This document shows, one piece after another, positions 39,938-50,542 of a DNA stretch of 64,000 nucleotides. Origin of the DNA: Syntrophales bacterium (lineage in GTDB: Bacteria; Desulfobacterota; Syntrophia; Syntrophales; PHBD01); assembly GCA_963668175.1 (NCBI GenBank), contig OY764159.1:1504001-1568000 (forward strand). Reading direction: 5' to 3'. Position numbers and translations under genes: made by a program. The notes beneath the pieces were generated by a model that worked only from the letters and a program-made list of their open reading frames with translations, made no database searches and was not told the DNA's origin. Numbering within the stretch: position 1 is the first letter of the stretch; every line of letters begins with the position of its first letter.

Positions 39938-40582
39938 ATGAGAATCATACTGCTGGGAGCGCCCGGTGCCGGCAAGGGAACCGTGGCCAAGCTGCTGACG
40001 GAGATTGACGGTTCCGTGCAGATTTCCACGGGGGATCTGCTTCGGGCCGCCGTGAAGGAAGGTACGGAACTGGGAAAAGAGGCCCAGGCTTATATGGGCA
40101 GGGGCGACCTCGTGCCCGATTCGCTCATTATGAAGATGATGGGGGTGCGCCTCCAGGAACCGGATTGCCAAAAAGGGTTCATCCTGGACGGGTTTCCCCG
40201 GACGATTCCCCAGGCGGAGGCTTTGAAAACGCTGCTCGCCTCTCTTAAGATCACGCTCGATTTCGTCGTCAATCTCGAAGTGCCGCGGGATGTCATCCTG
40301 GACCGCCTCACGACGCGCCGGACCTGCTCGAATCCGAACTGCCAGGAGATCTATAATGTCAAGAGCAACCCGCCGAAACCCGACGGGACATGCAAGAAGT
40401 GCGGCAGCCCAACCATCCAGAGGGACGACGAGACGGAAGAGGCCATCCTGAACCGGCTTGCGACCTACAACGAGAAGACCGCTCCCCTGATCGGCTATTA
40501 CGAAAAGGAAGGCCTCTTGAAGAACTTCCTGTCCGTGAGCAGTCAGGAGACCGTGGCCGAAATCAGAAAGGCCCTGAAATAA
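39938..40582 (+). CDS. adk: Adenylate kinase with zinc LID
   Basis: LLGAPGAGKGT, ISTGDLLR, G.LVPD, ILDGFPRT, QRDD, Y.EKT.PL. Confidence 0.96.
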   Translation: MRIILLGAPGAGKGTVAKLLTEIDGSVQISTGDLLRAAVKEGTELGKEAQAYMGRGDLVPDSLIMKMMGVRLQEPDCQKGFILDGFPRTIPQAEALKTLLASLKITLDFVVNLEVPRDVILDRLTTRRTCSNPNCQEIYNVKSNPPKPDGTCKKCGSPTIQRDDETEEAILNRLATYNEKTAPLIGYYEKEGLLKNFLSVSSQETVAEIRKALK

Positions 40583-40640
40583 GGGCTATGCGCATCAAGG
40601 CGGCGGCGGGAGGTCCCGGCGGGAGCGGCCGGTATCAGGC

Positions 40641-42605
40641 ATGATTGATTACGAGAAGGAACTGAATCGGGAACAACTGGAAGTGGTCATGCAGGCCGGG
40701 GGGCCGCTCCTCGTCATCGCCGGGGCCGGCAGCGGCAAGACGCGCACCCTTACGTACCGCGTCGCCCGCCTCATCGAACAGGGGACAAGGCCCGATCGGG
40801 TCCTGCTTGCCACGTTTACCAACAAGGCCGCCCGGTCCATGCTGGACCGGGTCGCCTCTCTGATAGACCGTGACATCGGCCAGCTGTGGGGAGGCACGTT
40901 CCACCACATCGCCCACCGGATTCTCAGGAAACACAGCGACAAGATCGGCTACGAGAGGAATTTCTCCATCAGCGACGGCGAGGACGCCCGCCAGCTTATC
41001 GCCTCCTGCATTGCCGAAGCCAAGGTGGAGACGAAGCTGGACAAATTCCCCAAGGCCGATATCCTCGCCTCCATCTTCAGTCTGGCGGTCAACACCGAAA
41101 CGCCCCTCAAGGAGATCGTCGTCAATCGCTACCCCTACTTCTCCCATCGGAGCGACGACGTCGCCCGGGTCGAGGCCCTCTACCGCTCTCGCAAGAGTGA
41201 CCTCAACATCATGGACTTCGACGACCTGCTCCTCAACTGCCGGCGGGTTTTATCCGAATTCCCCGACGTGGCGGCCGCGTATGCCGACCGCTTCCTCCAG
41301 GTGCTTGTGGACGAGTATCAGGACACGAACATCGTCCAGGCCGAGATCGTGGACCTGATCGCCGCCCGCCACGGGAACCTCATGGCCGTCGGCGACGATT
41401 CCCAGAGCATCTATTCCTTCCGCGGCGCCCACTTCGCGAACATCATGAAGTTCCCTGAGAAGTATCCGGCCTGCCGCATCTTCAAGCTGGAGACGAACTA
41501 CCGCAGCACCCCGGAGATCCTCCACCTGGCCAATTTAAGCATCGTGAACAACGAGCAGCAGTACCCCAAGTCGCTTCGGGCCATTCGGGCGGAGGGTGTG
41601 CGGCCCGTTCTGGTGTCGGCCGGCAATGCGGCGAGACAGGCCGATTTCGTCGCCCAGCGGATCGGCGAGCTTCACCGCGGCGGCGTACCTTATAAGGAGA
41701 TCGCCGTCATGTACCGGGCCCATTACCATTCCATGGAGGTCCAGATGGAACTGGTCCGGCGGGGCATCCCCTTCCTGATCCGTTCCGGCATCCGCTTCTT
41801 CGAGCAGGCCCACGTGAAGGACGTGACGTCCTATCTCAGGATCGCCGCCAATCCCTTCGACGAACTGGCCTGGAAGCGCGTCCTCAAGCTCTACGACAAG
41901 ATCGGCGCCGTCGCCGCCGGGAAAGTCTGGAAGTTCGTCTCCGGAGTCGACGACCCGCTGGCCGCCGTCAAGACGGACAAGTTTGCGGCCTGTGCCGGCA
42001 AAACGGCCATTCCATCCTTAAAAGCCGTTGCGGAGATTCTCGATATCGTCGCGGAGGCCGCAGGCGCCGGGGCGCCTCCGGCGGAACTGATCCGGACCGT
42101 GATGGACAGGGGCTACCTGGACATCCTGCACGAGAGGCATGCCGACGCCGTGTCGCGGGAGGACGATTTGCTGCAGTTGGCCGGTTTTGCCGAGGAGTTC
42201 GAGACGCTGGACGCTTTCCTGAACGAACTTGCGCTCATGACGGACATTGCGGAGGAAGGCCGGAGCGACCGAACGGAAGACGAAGACAAGGTCGTGCTGA
42301 CGACGATCCACCAGGCGAAGGGCCTGGAGTGGCGCGTCGTCTTCATCGTCTGGTGCGCCGAGGGCATGATCCCCCTGGCTAGGGCTCTGAAAGACCCCGG
42401 CGGAGAAGAGGAGGAAAGACGCCTCTTCTACGTGGCCGCGACGCGCGCCAAGGACCAGCTTTACCTGTCCTATCCCATGGCGGATTACACCCGGGCCATG
42501 GGCCACCTGCCCCTAAGCCCGTCCCGGTTCATCCGGGAACTCGCTCACCGTCCCTCCGGGAAAGACCGGCCGTACGATGAATGGGTCGTCGAAGCTTCGT
42601 ACTAG
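40641..42605 (+). CDS. UvrD/PcrA/Rep family ATP-dependent DNA helicase
   Basis: AGAGSGKT, TFTNKAA, VDEYQDTN, VGDDSQSIYSFRGA, NYRST, TIHQAKGLEW, EERRLFYVAATRA. Confidence 0.95.
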   Translation: MIDYEKELNREQLEVVMQAGGPLLVIAGAGSGKTRTLTYRVARLIEQGTRPDRVLLATFTNKAARSMLDRVASLIDRDIGQLWGGTFHHIAHRILRKHSDKIGYERNFSISDGEDARQLIASCIAEAKVETKLDKFPKADILASIFSLAVNTETPLKEIVVNRYPYFSHRSDDVARVEALYRSRKSDLNIMDFDDLLLNCRRVLSEFPDVAAAYADRFLQVLVDEYQDTNIVQAEIVDLIAARHGNLMAVGDDSQSIYSFRGAHFANIMKFPEKYPACRIFKLETNYRSTPEILHLANLSIVNNEQQYPKSLRAIRAEGVRPVLVSAGNAARQADFVAQRIGELHRGGVPYKEIAVMYRAHYHSMEVQMELVRRGIPFLIRSGIRFFEQAHVKDVTSYLRIAANPFDELAWKRVLKLYDKIGAVAAGKVWKFVSGVDDPLAAVKTDKFAACAGKTAIPSLKAVAEILDIVAEAAGAGAPPAELIRTVMDRGYLDILHERHADAVSREDDLLQLAGFAEEFETLDAFLNELALMTDIAEEGRSDRTEDEDKVVLTTIHQAKGLEWRVVFIVWCAEGMIPLARALKDPGGEEEERRLFYVAATRAKDQLYLSYPMADYTRAMGHLPLSPSRFIRELAHRPSGKDRPYDEWVVEASY

Positions 42606-42673
42606 CAGGCCGCGCCCCCCGCATGGGAAGTGTTGAAAAATGCGATTTTCAACAGGCCATGACCCCTGCATAG

Positions 42674-42795
42674 GGGGTGTTCAAAAATGTTCAGATGTAA
42701 GGCGCGCAAAAGCCGAGGAATGAGGCATACATAGAAGTATGTCGATTGACGAGGCTTGCAGCGCAACGCGACAGGTGGACGTTTTTCAACAGCCC
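42674..42795. mobile_element. MITE-like element with imperfect 20-bp terminal inverted repeats
   Basis: Left GGGGTGTTCAAAAATGTTCA versus right-end reverse complement GGGCTGTTGAAAAACGTCCA (16/20); related hairpin TGTTGAAAA-N6-TTTTCAACA at 42631-42654. Confidence 0.6.
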
Positions 42796-42796
42796 A

Positions 42797-44686
42797 TTAG
42801 AGCCACTTGTCCGATTTCAGTTTTTCTTCGTACTCGGCCCGCAGTGCAATCTGGGTCGCTTCGGCGATGTCCTCGACCCGCTTCACCCAGTCCTCGAACT
42901 TGATGTCCGCTCCGAAGACGCCGACCATCTCGTCGTTGTCGTCCATGATCGGGGCCGAGACGGTGATGCACAACGCCCCGGTCATCTTCGAGATGTAGAA
43001 ATTGGTGATGTGGATCTTCCCCGACTGCAGGGGGCGGATGAACCATTCCCGGTCGGACTGGTCGGTCCCGACGCCGTAGTTCTCGTATTTGGCCTTGTCG
43101 GCGATGTTCGTGATGTTTTTCGTGATTTTCCGGCCGTTCATGTCCACCACGTAGGCGAACTGGATGGACGGATTCTCCTCGATGATCCTCTGCATCACCG
43201 GCTCCTGGAGATCGGGCTTCATGGTCTTCATGACGGGGTCTTCGATGATGCGCTTGACCACGGTCACGGCCACCTCTGCGGCCTTGTGCTTGATCTTGTC
43301 CAGGTCGGACATGAAGAGCTCCGGCAGGAACTTCCGGACCATCCTGTCCATCTCCTCGTGGGAAATGGAGGTCATGCGGCCTTCGTCGTACTGGTCGGCA
43401 ATCCATTTGTGGATTTTGGAGACGCCGGGGTGCCTCTTGTCGACCACGTTGTCTCCGCTTAAACCGAGACGGGAGTTGATCCAGAAGGCGATGCCCGCCT
43501 TGCCCGACTTGTCCGTCACCATGGCGACGATGGGCCGTTTCAGGATCTTCGTCGTATCGAAGATATTATAAATCTCCTCGCTCTTGATCAGGCCGTCGGC
43601 ATGGACGCCCGCACGGGTCACGTTGAAATCCTCGCCCACAAAGGGATAGTTCGCGGGGATCTTCATGCCGATCTCGTCCTCAAAGTATTGCGCGATGTCG
43701 GTGATGACCGTCGTATCGATGCCGTTGGCGGAGCCGGTGAGGCCGATGTATTCGATGAGCATGCCTTCGATGGGCGGATTGCCCGTCCGCTCGCCCAAAC
43801 CCAGCAGCGTTCCATTGGCGGCGCTGCAGCCGTAAAGCCAGGCCGTCGAGGCATTGATCAGGGCCTTATGGAAGTCGTTATGGCCGTGCCATTCCAGGAG
43901 ATGACTAGGAACACAGGCGTCCTCGACGAAGGCCCGCACCAGTTTATCGACGCTGCGGGGCAGCGATGCGCCGGGATAGGTGACGCCGTAGCCCATGGTG
44001 TCGCAGAGCCGTATCTTGATGTCGATGCCGCTTTCTTCCCGGAGCTTCATGAGCTCGAGAGCGAAGGGGATACAGAAACCGTAGATGTCGGCCCTGGTGA
44101 TGTCTTCGAAGTGGCACCGGGGTTTGATGCCCGCCTCCAGAATCGATTTGACGATGCCCAGGTAGTCGTCCATGGCCTTGCGCCGGGTACTGTTGAGCTT
44201 GAGGAAAATATGGTAATCCGACACGGACGTGAGGATTCCCGTCTCTTTGAGGCCCGCGGCCTTCACCAGCGGAATGTCCTCCTTGGCCGCCCTGATCCAG
44301 CCCGTGATCTCCGGGAAGGGGAGGCCCAGGGCCTGGCATTTCTCCACGGCCTCGCGGTCCTTGCCGCTGTAAAGGAAGAATTCGGACTGGCGGATGACCC
44401 CGTTGGGGCCGCCCAGTTTGCTCATGAACCTGTAAAGATCGACGATCTGCTTGACCGTGTACGGCGGCCGCGCCTGCTGGCCGTCTCGGAACGTCGTGTC
44501 CGTAATGAAGATGTCTTCCGGCGGGTTGATCGGAATGATCTTATGGTCGAAATCGATCTTACAGACTTCGTCGTAAGGAAAAACCTCCTTCAGGAGATTC
44601 GGTTCTTCGAGATCGCGGAGCTCGAAGCGCCAGAACTTTGAATGAACGTGATCCAGAACCCTTCTGTCTTTGTTCCACCGTGCCAT
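42797..44686 (-). CDS. Re-citrate synthase-like (HMGL/LeuA DRE-TIM family) with C-terminal Cache-like domain
   Basis: ITDTTFRDGQQ, RCHFEDITRAD, RLCDT.G, EWHGHNDF, GERTGN, RAGVHADG; tail D.S.REWF...YIS..TG..CITVSAPI...VGVFGADI. Confidence 0.82.
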   Translation of the reverse strand: MARWNKDRRVLDHVHSKFWRFELRDLEEPNLLKEVFPYDEVCKIDFDHKIIPINPPEDIFITDTTFRDGQQARPPYTVKQIVDLYRFMSKLGGPNGVIRQSEFFLYSGKDREAVEKCQALGLPFPEITGWIRAAKEDIPLVKAAGLKETGILTSVSDYHIFLKLNSTRRKAMDDYLGIVKSILEAGIKPRCHFEDITRADIYGFCIPFALELMKLREESGIDIKIRLCDTMGYGVTYPGASLPRSVDKLVRAFVEDACVPSHLLEWHGHNDFHKALINASTAWLYGCSAANGTLLGLGERTGNPPIEGMLIEYIGLTGSANGIDTTVITDIAQYFEDEIGMKIPANYPFVGEDFNVTRAGVHADGLIKSEEIYNIFDTTKILKRPIVAMVTDKSGKAGIAFWINSRLGLSGDNVVDKRHPGVSKIHKWIADQYDEGRMTSISHEEMDRMVRKFLPELFMSDLDKIKHKAAEVAVTVVKRIIEDPVMKTMKPDLQEPVMQRIIEENPSIQFAYVVDMNGRKITKNITNIADKAKYENYGVGTDQSDREWFIRPLQSGKIHITNFYISKMTGALCITVSAPIMDDNDEMVGVFGADIKFEDWVKRVEDIAEATQIALRAEYEEKLKSDKWL

Positions 44687-44752
44687 TTTTGTCTTGCTCC
44701 CTCTTTTTTAACGTCGTTTCCTCCGGGACGAGATACCCGGTCTCTATGCGTC

Positions 44753-46531
44753 CTACTGGACGATCTTTAAGGATAGTTCCATGAGTTGCTCGATGCCCAC
44801 GGTCGAAGGCGCATCCGTCAGGAGGCAGGTGGCCTTCTGCGTCTTCGGGAACGCGATAACGTCCCGGATCGAATCGGTGCCGGTCATCAGCATGATCATC
44901 CGGTCGAAGCCGAAGGCCAGGCCGCCGTGCGGCGGCGTTCCGTATTCGAGGGCGTCGAGAAGGAATCCGAATTTGGTGCGGGCCTCTTCCTGCGAAAGCC
45001 CCAGGGCCTCGAATATCTGGGCCTGGACATGCTGCTGATGGATACGGATGCTGCCGCCGCCGATCTCGGAGCCATTGAGGACCAGGTCGTAGGCCCGGGC
45101 CCGGACTTTTCCGGGATCCGTTTTGAGATACGGCAGGTCTTCCATCACCGGCGACGTAAACGGATGATGCGTCGAGACGAAACGCTTCTCCGATTCGCTG
45201 TATTCCATGAGCGGGAATTCCGTCACCCACGTGAAGGCAAACTGTCCCGGGGCGACCAGGCCCAGTTTTTTGGCCAGATGCAGGCGCAGGTTGCCCAACG
45301 CGTCGTGGACGACGCGGGGGCTGTCGGCGCAGAAGAGAATCAGGTCCCCTTCCTTCGCTTCCATGACCGTTTCGATACCCTTCACCTCTTCGGGCTTCAG
45401 GAATTTGTAAATAGGGGACGTCCAGCCGTCGGGGTTCACCCTGGCCCAGGCCAGGCCTTTCGCCCCGTAGACGGCGACGAAATCCCGGAGTTCATCGAGG
45501 TCTTTCCGGGAGAGGCGTTTGCCGTCCTCGACCTTGATGCATTTGATCATGCCGCCCGCCTGCGTGACTTCCTGGAAGAGGTTGAAGTTCGAGTTCCTCA
45601 CGCAATCGGTGATGTCCCGCAGTTCCAGGCCGAAACGCACATCCGGGGCGTCCTTGCCGTAGCGGTTCATGGCGTCGTGATAGGGAATCCTGGGGAAGGG
45701 CACCGTAAGCTCGATGCCGAGACAGGCCTTCCAGACATGGGCCATGAAACCCTCCATGATCCGGATGATGTCGTTCTCGTCGATGAAGGACATTTCGAGG
45801 TCGATCTGGGTGAATTCCGGCTGGCGGTCGGCCCGCAGGTCCTCGTCGCGGAAACATTTCGCAATCTGGTAGTAGCGGTCGAAGCCGGAAACCATGAGGA
45901 GCTGCTTGAATATCTGCGGCGACTGGGGGAGCGCATAGAACATCCCCTGGTTGACGCGGCTGGGCACCAGGTAGTCCCTGGCCCCTTCGGGCGTGCTCTT
46001 CGTGAGAATGGGGGTTTCGACCTCGATGAAGCCGTTGTCCCGGAAGTAAAATCTCGTTTCCGCCGCCACCTGGCTCCGCAGGAGCAGGTTCTTCTGGATT
46101 TCGGGCCGGCGGAGATCGAGATAGCGGTATTTCAGGCGCACGTTCTCCGAGATGTCCGCCTCCACGTCGAGCACGAAGGGCGGCGTCTTCGCTTCGTTCA
46201 GGATATCGAGTTCATGGACCATGACTTCGATGTCGCCGCTTTTGAGGTCCGGGTTCTCCATGCCTTCAGGCCGGCGGCGGACCGTGCCGGCGACGGCCAG
46301 CACATACTCGCTTCTGATCCGGTGGGCCTCCTTGTGGGCCGCAGGTGCATTTTCCGGGTTGAAGACGACCTGCACGAGACCCTCCCGGTCCCGGAGATCG
46401 ACGAAAATGACGCCGCCGTGGTCGCGCCTCCGGTGCGTCCAGCCCATGAGGACGACTTCCTTGCCGATATCGTCCTTACCGACATTCCCGCAGTAGTGGG
46501 TTCTCTTTTTGGTCGTTATGAAATCAGTCAA
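44753..46531 (-). CDS. aspS: Aspartate--tRNA ligase, probably non-discriminating Asp/Asn type
   Basis: [62 protein letters not shown] start overlapping hisS end. Confidence 0.97.
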   Translation of the reverse strand: MTDFITTKKRTHYCGNVGKDDIGKEVVLMGWTHRRRDHGGVIFVDLRDREGLVQVVFNPENAPAAHKEAHRIRSEYVLAVAGTVRRRPEGMENPDLKSGDIEVMVHELDILNEAKTPPFVLDVEADISENVRLKYRYLDLRRPEIQKNLLLRSQVAAETRFYFRDNGFIEVETPILTKSTPEGARDYLVPSRVNQGMFYALPQSPQIFKQLLMVSGFDRYYQIAKCFRDEDLRADRQPEFTQIDLEMSFIDENDIIRIMEGFMAHVWKACLGIELTVPFPRIPYHDAMNRYGKDAPDVRFGLELRDITDCVRNSNFNLFQEVTQAGGMIKCIKVEDGKRLSRKDLDELRDFVAVYGAKGLAWARVNPDGWTSPIYKFLKPEEVKGIETVMEAKEGDLILFCADSPRVVHDALGNLRLHLAKKLGLVAPGQFAFTWVTEFPLMEYSESEKRFVSTHHPFTSPVMEDLPYLKTDPGKVRARAYDLVLNGSEIGGGSIRIHQQHVQAQIFEALGLSQEEARTKFGFLLDALEYGTPPHGGLAFGFDRMIMLMTGTDSIRDVIAFPKTQKATCLLTDAPSTVGIEQLMELSLKIVQ

Positions 46532-47810
46532 GTGGCTTTTCTCCTTTGATCACTTTCTTGATGTGTACGATTTGATGAAAGCCGACGGGCGCCTGCCTGC
46601 TTTCCTGCATGTCACGGAGCGTCGCCTGGTTGTTGGCGATCTCCTGGTCCCCGATGATCATCGTGTACCGGCACTTCAATTTGTCGGCCCGCTTCATCTG
46701 GCTCTTCAGGCTCTTGCCCGCGTAATCCATTTCGGTCCGGATGCCCTCCAGCCTCAGTTTGTTGCAGAGCGCGAAGGCCATCCCCTGCGCCTCTTCGCCC
46801 ATGGCGGCGATGAAGAGGTCGGGACGGCCGTGGCGGCAGCGGCAATCCTCGTCGTGGGCCTGCATCAGGGCGACCAAACGCTCGAAGCCGATGGCGAATC
46901 CGATGCCGGGGGTATCGGGGCCGCCCAGGTCCTTGACGAGTCCGTCGTAACGCCCTCCTCCGGCGACGGCGTTCTGCGCCCCCAGAAGCTCCGTCGTGAC
47001 CTCGAAGGCCGTTTTCGTATAGTAGTCGAGGCCGCGGACCATCCGCGGATTGACCTCGTAGGGCATGTTGAAAATCGTCAGGGCTTCCCTGAACCTGTCA
47101 AAATGATCCCGGCAGGCGCCGCACAGCGCATCCAGGACTACGGGGGCGGAGGTCATGATCTCCCGGCAGGTCTCGACCTTGCAGTCGAAGATGCGCAGGG
47201 GGTTCGTCTGCATCCGCCGGGTGCAGTCCGGGCAGAAGCCCTCTTCCTTTCCCCGGACGAAGTCGGTGATCATCTTCCGGAAGACCGGGCGGCACTCCTT
47301 GCAGCCGAGGGAGTTGATCTCCAGCTTCGGGCCCGCAAGCCCCACGGCGGTGAGGAAATGCATCAGCATAAGGATCAGCTCGGCGTCGATGCGGGGATCG
47401 TCGATGCCGAGTATCTCGGCGTCGATCTGGTGAAACTGCCGGTAGCGCCCCTTCTGGGGCCGCTCGCGCCGGAACATGGGCCCGAACGTGTAGAGTTTGG
47501 TTACGGCGTCCTCGGCGTGCAGGCTGTGTTCGATATAGGATCGGATGACCCCTGCGGTCGCCTCGGGGCGCAGCGTCAGGTAGTCGTCGCCCCGGTCGAG
47601 AAACGTGTACATCTCCTTCTCGACGATGTCCGTCGCTTCCCCGATGCCGCGCTTGAAGAGGTCCGTTTTCTCGACGATGGGGATGCGGATTTCATTGAAG
47701 CCGAAGGCAGAAAAGACCTGCCTCGCCGTCTCTTCGACCATCTGCCATTGGCCCGTTTCCCTGGGGAGGATGTCCTTGAATCCCCTGATGGCGTTGATCG
47801 TCTCCTTCAT
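46524..47810 (-). CDS. hisS: Histidine--tRNA ligase
   Basis: [57 protein letters not shown]. Confidence 0.97.
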   Translation of the reverse strand: MKETINAIRGFKDILPRETGQWQMVEETARQVFSAFGFNEIRIPIVEKTDLFKRGIGEATDIVEKEMYTFLDRGDDYLTLRPEATAGVIRSYIEHSLHAEDAVTKLYTFGPMFRRERPQKGRYRQFHQIDAEILGIDDPRIDAELILMLMHFLTAVGLAGPKLEINSLGCKECRPVFRKMITDFVRGKEEGFCPDCTRRMQTNPLRIFDCKVETCREIMTSAPVVLDALCGACRDHFDRFREALTIFNMPYEVNPRMVRGLDYYTKTAFEVTTELLGAQNAVAGGGRYDGLVKDLGGPDTPGIGFAIGFERLVALMQAHDEDCRCRHGRPDLFIAAMGEEAQGMAFALCNKLRLEGIRTEMDYAGKSLKSQMKRADKLKCRYTMIIGDQEIANNQATLRDMQESRQAPVGFHQIVHIKKVIKGEKPLD

Positions 47811-47959
47811 GCCACGTCACCGGTACGGAAAAATGATGCCGCCTTTCTGTTCAATGCCCTGGTCCACCTCTAAAAAAGGGTAAATTAAAGCAGAAACCTT
47901 TAGCACAATCGGCCGGCCGGCGCAACAGAAAGATAGGAAAGCGGAACGCAGACGAAAAA

Positions 47960-50443
47960 TCAAGGGATATAGGTCGATACGAAACACTTTTTGCCGTCGG
48001 AAGTGACCGTAATGGCTCCGTGAATGTCTGTCCGGTACAATTTTGTGCCAGCGGCCCGAATCCGGCCGACGACGTCGGGATGAGGAAAGCCGAAGACGTT
48101 CTCCTTCCCGCAGCTCACGACGGCCGCCTCCGGCCGGACCGCCGCCAGGAAGGCCGCCGTCGAGGCATGGCCGGAGCCGTGATGGGGGACAAGGAGGATG
48201 TTGCTGGCAACCGTGCCTCCTGCCCGGACGATTCTCTCCTCCTCCGTGCCGGAGATGTCAGCCGTGAAAAGAAGGAAGGTATCCCCGTAAGCTATCCTCA
48301 ACACGAGCGAATCGGCATTGGCGGAGACGTATTCGTCCCGATCTTCCCCTGTCGCGGGCGTTTCCGGATTGAGGAAGCGGATCGAGACGCCGTCGATGTC
48401 CACCGGAGGCGTCCGGGCCGATACGATCCGGTGCCTGATCCCTTTGGCGGCGATGACCGCCTTCATGCGGAGGTAGTCGTCTGTCCGCGCCTCCTCGCCG
48501 TTGCTCCAGAGTTCATCGACCTGGAGATGGCCGAGGATGTGGATCAGGCCCTGAAGGTGGTCCGGATGGGGATGGGTGAGGATGACGATATCGACCTTCC
48601 TGACCCTTTCCTGACCTAGATAGGGCGCCAGGACGTTTTTTCCCATGTCGAAGGTGCTGCCCGGGGCGCCGCCGCCGTCGATCAACATCTTCTTGCCGTG
48701 CGGGAACCGGATGAAAGCGGCATTGCCCTGGCCGACGTCCAAAAAGGTCACTGTCAGGTTGCCGGGGTGCCTGTCCCGGACATAAAGACGGATGCCGTCG
48801 GCGGCAAAGAGCGCAAGACAGAAGACGGCCGCAGCGGCAGACCAACGCCGTCTGCGGACGAGGTCGGCGGGCGGCTTGTCGCCGGGACGGACCGTTTCCA
48901 TGAAACGCAGGATGGCGTAAAGGAGGAAGTAGTAGAGCAGCATTTCGAAAAGCGACGGTGTGCCGACCGTCAAAGACGACCATCCCGGCTCTGCAAAGCA
49001 TTTCGTAATCTTAAGCGATACGTCTACGAGAAAGGTTGCCGCCTGTATCAGAAGGACCGCCGCCCATGTCGAGAAGGGGGCCGCGATCATGATCGCCGTG
49101 CAGACGGGGATTGCCAGGATGCCCAGGATCGGTCCCACCACGAGATTGGCGGGGAGGACGACGGTGGAGATGCGGTTGAAATAGAAGGCGATCAAGGGGA
49201 GTGTCCCGGCCGTGGCGCTCACGGTGACGATGAGAAAGAGCAAAACGCCGCGCAGGGCCTTACGCCAGGGGGAAGGTCTCGACGACCCCTCCGCCGCGGG
49301 CGCGGGGAGGAAACGGGACAGGACAGGTGCGATGGCGAGGATGGCGCCGACCGCGATAAAAGAGAGCTGGAAGGAGACGTCGAAGAGGGAATAGGGGGCG
49401 ACGGCGAGGATGACGAAGGCGGCGACAGCGAGCGTGTTGAACATGTCCCGCCGCCGGCCGATCAGGAGGGCGACCAGGAAGACGACGATCATAAGGGTGG
49501 CCCGCACGACCGAGATACCGGCGCCCGCGGCATAGGTGAAGAGAACGATGGGGACGGCCGTCGCCGCCAGGGCGACTTTATTCATGTCGAATCTCAGCAT
49601 GAGATAGACTGAGCGCTTCATTGCACCGCGGATCAGGAAGACGATGAAGGCGGAGATGATACCGATGTTGAACCCCGAGATGGCGATGATGTGGGAGGTG
49701 CCGGTGCGGTTGAATATCTCCATCGTCTCCTGGGGGATCTCCTTCTGGTTGCCGAGGATGGAGGCCTGGATGATCTGGGCATGGGGGGAAGGCGCATGGT
49801 CGGCGATCAGGGTCTTGAGATCGGTGCGGAAGGTCTCCAGGCGCGTCCTCAAAGGGTTCCCCTGACCCTTCCGCAGGACGACCAGGTCCGCGGCGCCTGC
49901 CGTGTACCCTCGGACCGGCGTCTCCCGGAAGAGGTATCGCTTTTCGATGTCGCCGCCCCCGGGATTGTTGAAGTTATGGGGGAAGCGGAGCCTGGTCCGG
50001 AACCGTATCACGTCCCCGTAGGCAAGTTCGGGATGGCCCTTGACCGTAAGCCAGACATTGCCGCGGACGGGCAGCGCCGCCCCGTCCCGGATGACCTGGA
50101 AGGCAGCCACTTTCATTTCCATTTTTTCCGGCTGCTGCACCTGGGGGTTGTCCAGAACGATCCCGTCTATCAGGACCTTGTCCCTGCCGGCGAACGCGCT
50201 GATATGGCTTGCGTCTGTTTCCGGGTAGAGATAAGGATTGACGGCTAGGACGCCGATGACGGCCAGGGCGGGCAGCGACAGGGGCATGATCCATTCGCGC
50301 TGCTTACGGAGCACTGCCGCAGCAAGAAAAACGAGCATGACGGCCAGGATGGTCCACAGGACCGGGTCGGGAATACGGAACCGGTACCCGGTCAGGATTC
50401 CCGCCATCAGAGCCAGCACCAATGGGATAAAGGGTCGTTGCAT
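47960..50443 (-). CDS. comEC: DNA internalization competence protein ComEC/Rec2
   Basis: NFNNPG, G.SHIIAISG, SVVRA, SFQLSF, FLDVGQG, THPHPDH, VPHHGS, FGFPH, YRTD.HGAI. Confidence 0.93.
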   Translation of the reverse strand: MQRPFIPLVLALMAGILTGYRFRIPDPVLWTILAVMLVFLAAAVLRKQREWIMPLSLPALAVIGVLAVNPYLYPETDASHISAFAGRDKVLIDGIVLDNPQVQQPEKMEMKVAAFQVIRDGAALPVRGNVWLTVKGHPELAYGDVIRFRTRLRFPHNFNNPGGGDIEKRYLFRETPVRGYTAGAADLVVLRKGQGNPLRTRLETFRTDLKTLIADHAPSPHAQIIQASILGNQKEIPQETMEIFNRTGTSHIIAISGFNIGIISAFIVFLIRGAMKRSVYLMLRFDMNKVALAATAVPIVLFTYAAGAGISVVRATLMIVVFLVALLIGRRRDMFNTLAVAAFVILAVAPYSLFDVSFQLSFIAVGAILAIAPVLSRFLPAPAAEGSSRPSPWRKALRGVLLFLIVTVSATAGTLPLIAFYFNRISTVVLPANLVVGPILGILAIPVCTAIMIAAPFSTWAAVLLIQAATFLVDVSLKITKCFAEPGWSSLTVGTPSLFEMLLYYFLLYAILRFMETVRPGDKPPADLVRRRRWSAAAAVFCLALFAADGIRLYVRDRHPGNLTVTFLDVGQGNAAFIRFPHGKKMLIDGGGAPGSTFDMGKNVLAPYLGQERVRKVDIVILTHPHPDHLQGLIHILGHLQVDELWSNGEEARTDDYLRMKAVIAAKGIRHRIVSARTPPVDIDGVSIRFLNPETPATGEDRDEYVSANADSLVLRIAYGDTFLLFTADISGTEEERIVRAGGTVASNILLVPHHGSGHASTAAFLAAVRPEAAVVSCGKENVFGFPHPDVVGRIRAAGTKLYRTDIHGAITVTSDGKKCFVSTYIP

Positions 50444-50542
50444 GGGGAGCGTCGGCCGAAAAAAATGAGTGCGTTTTTGTTTATATCTTTGTAATATATC
50501 CTATTCGTAAAATGATAAAGCAAAATGATTGGATGATAACGG

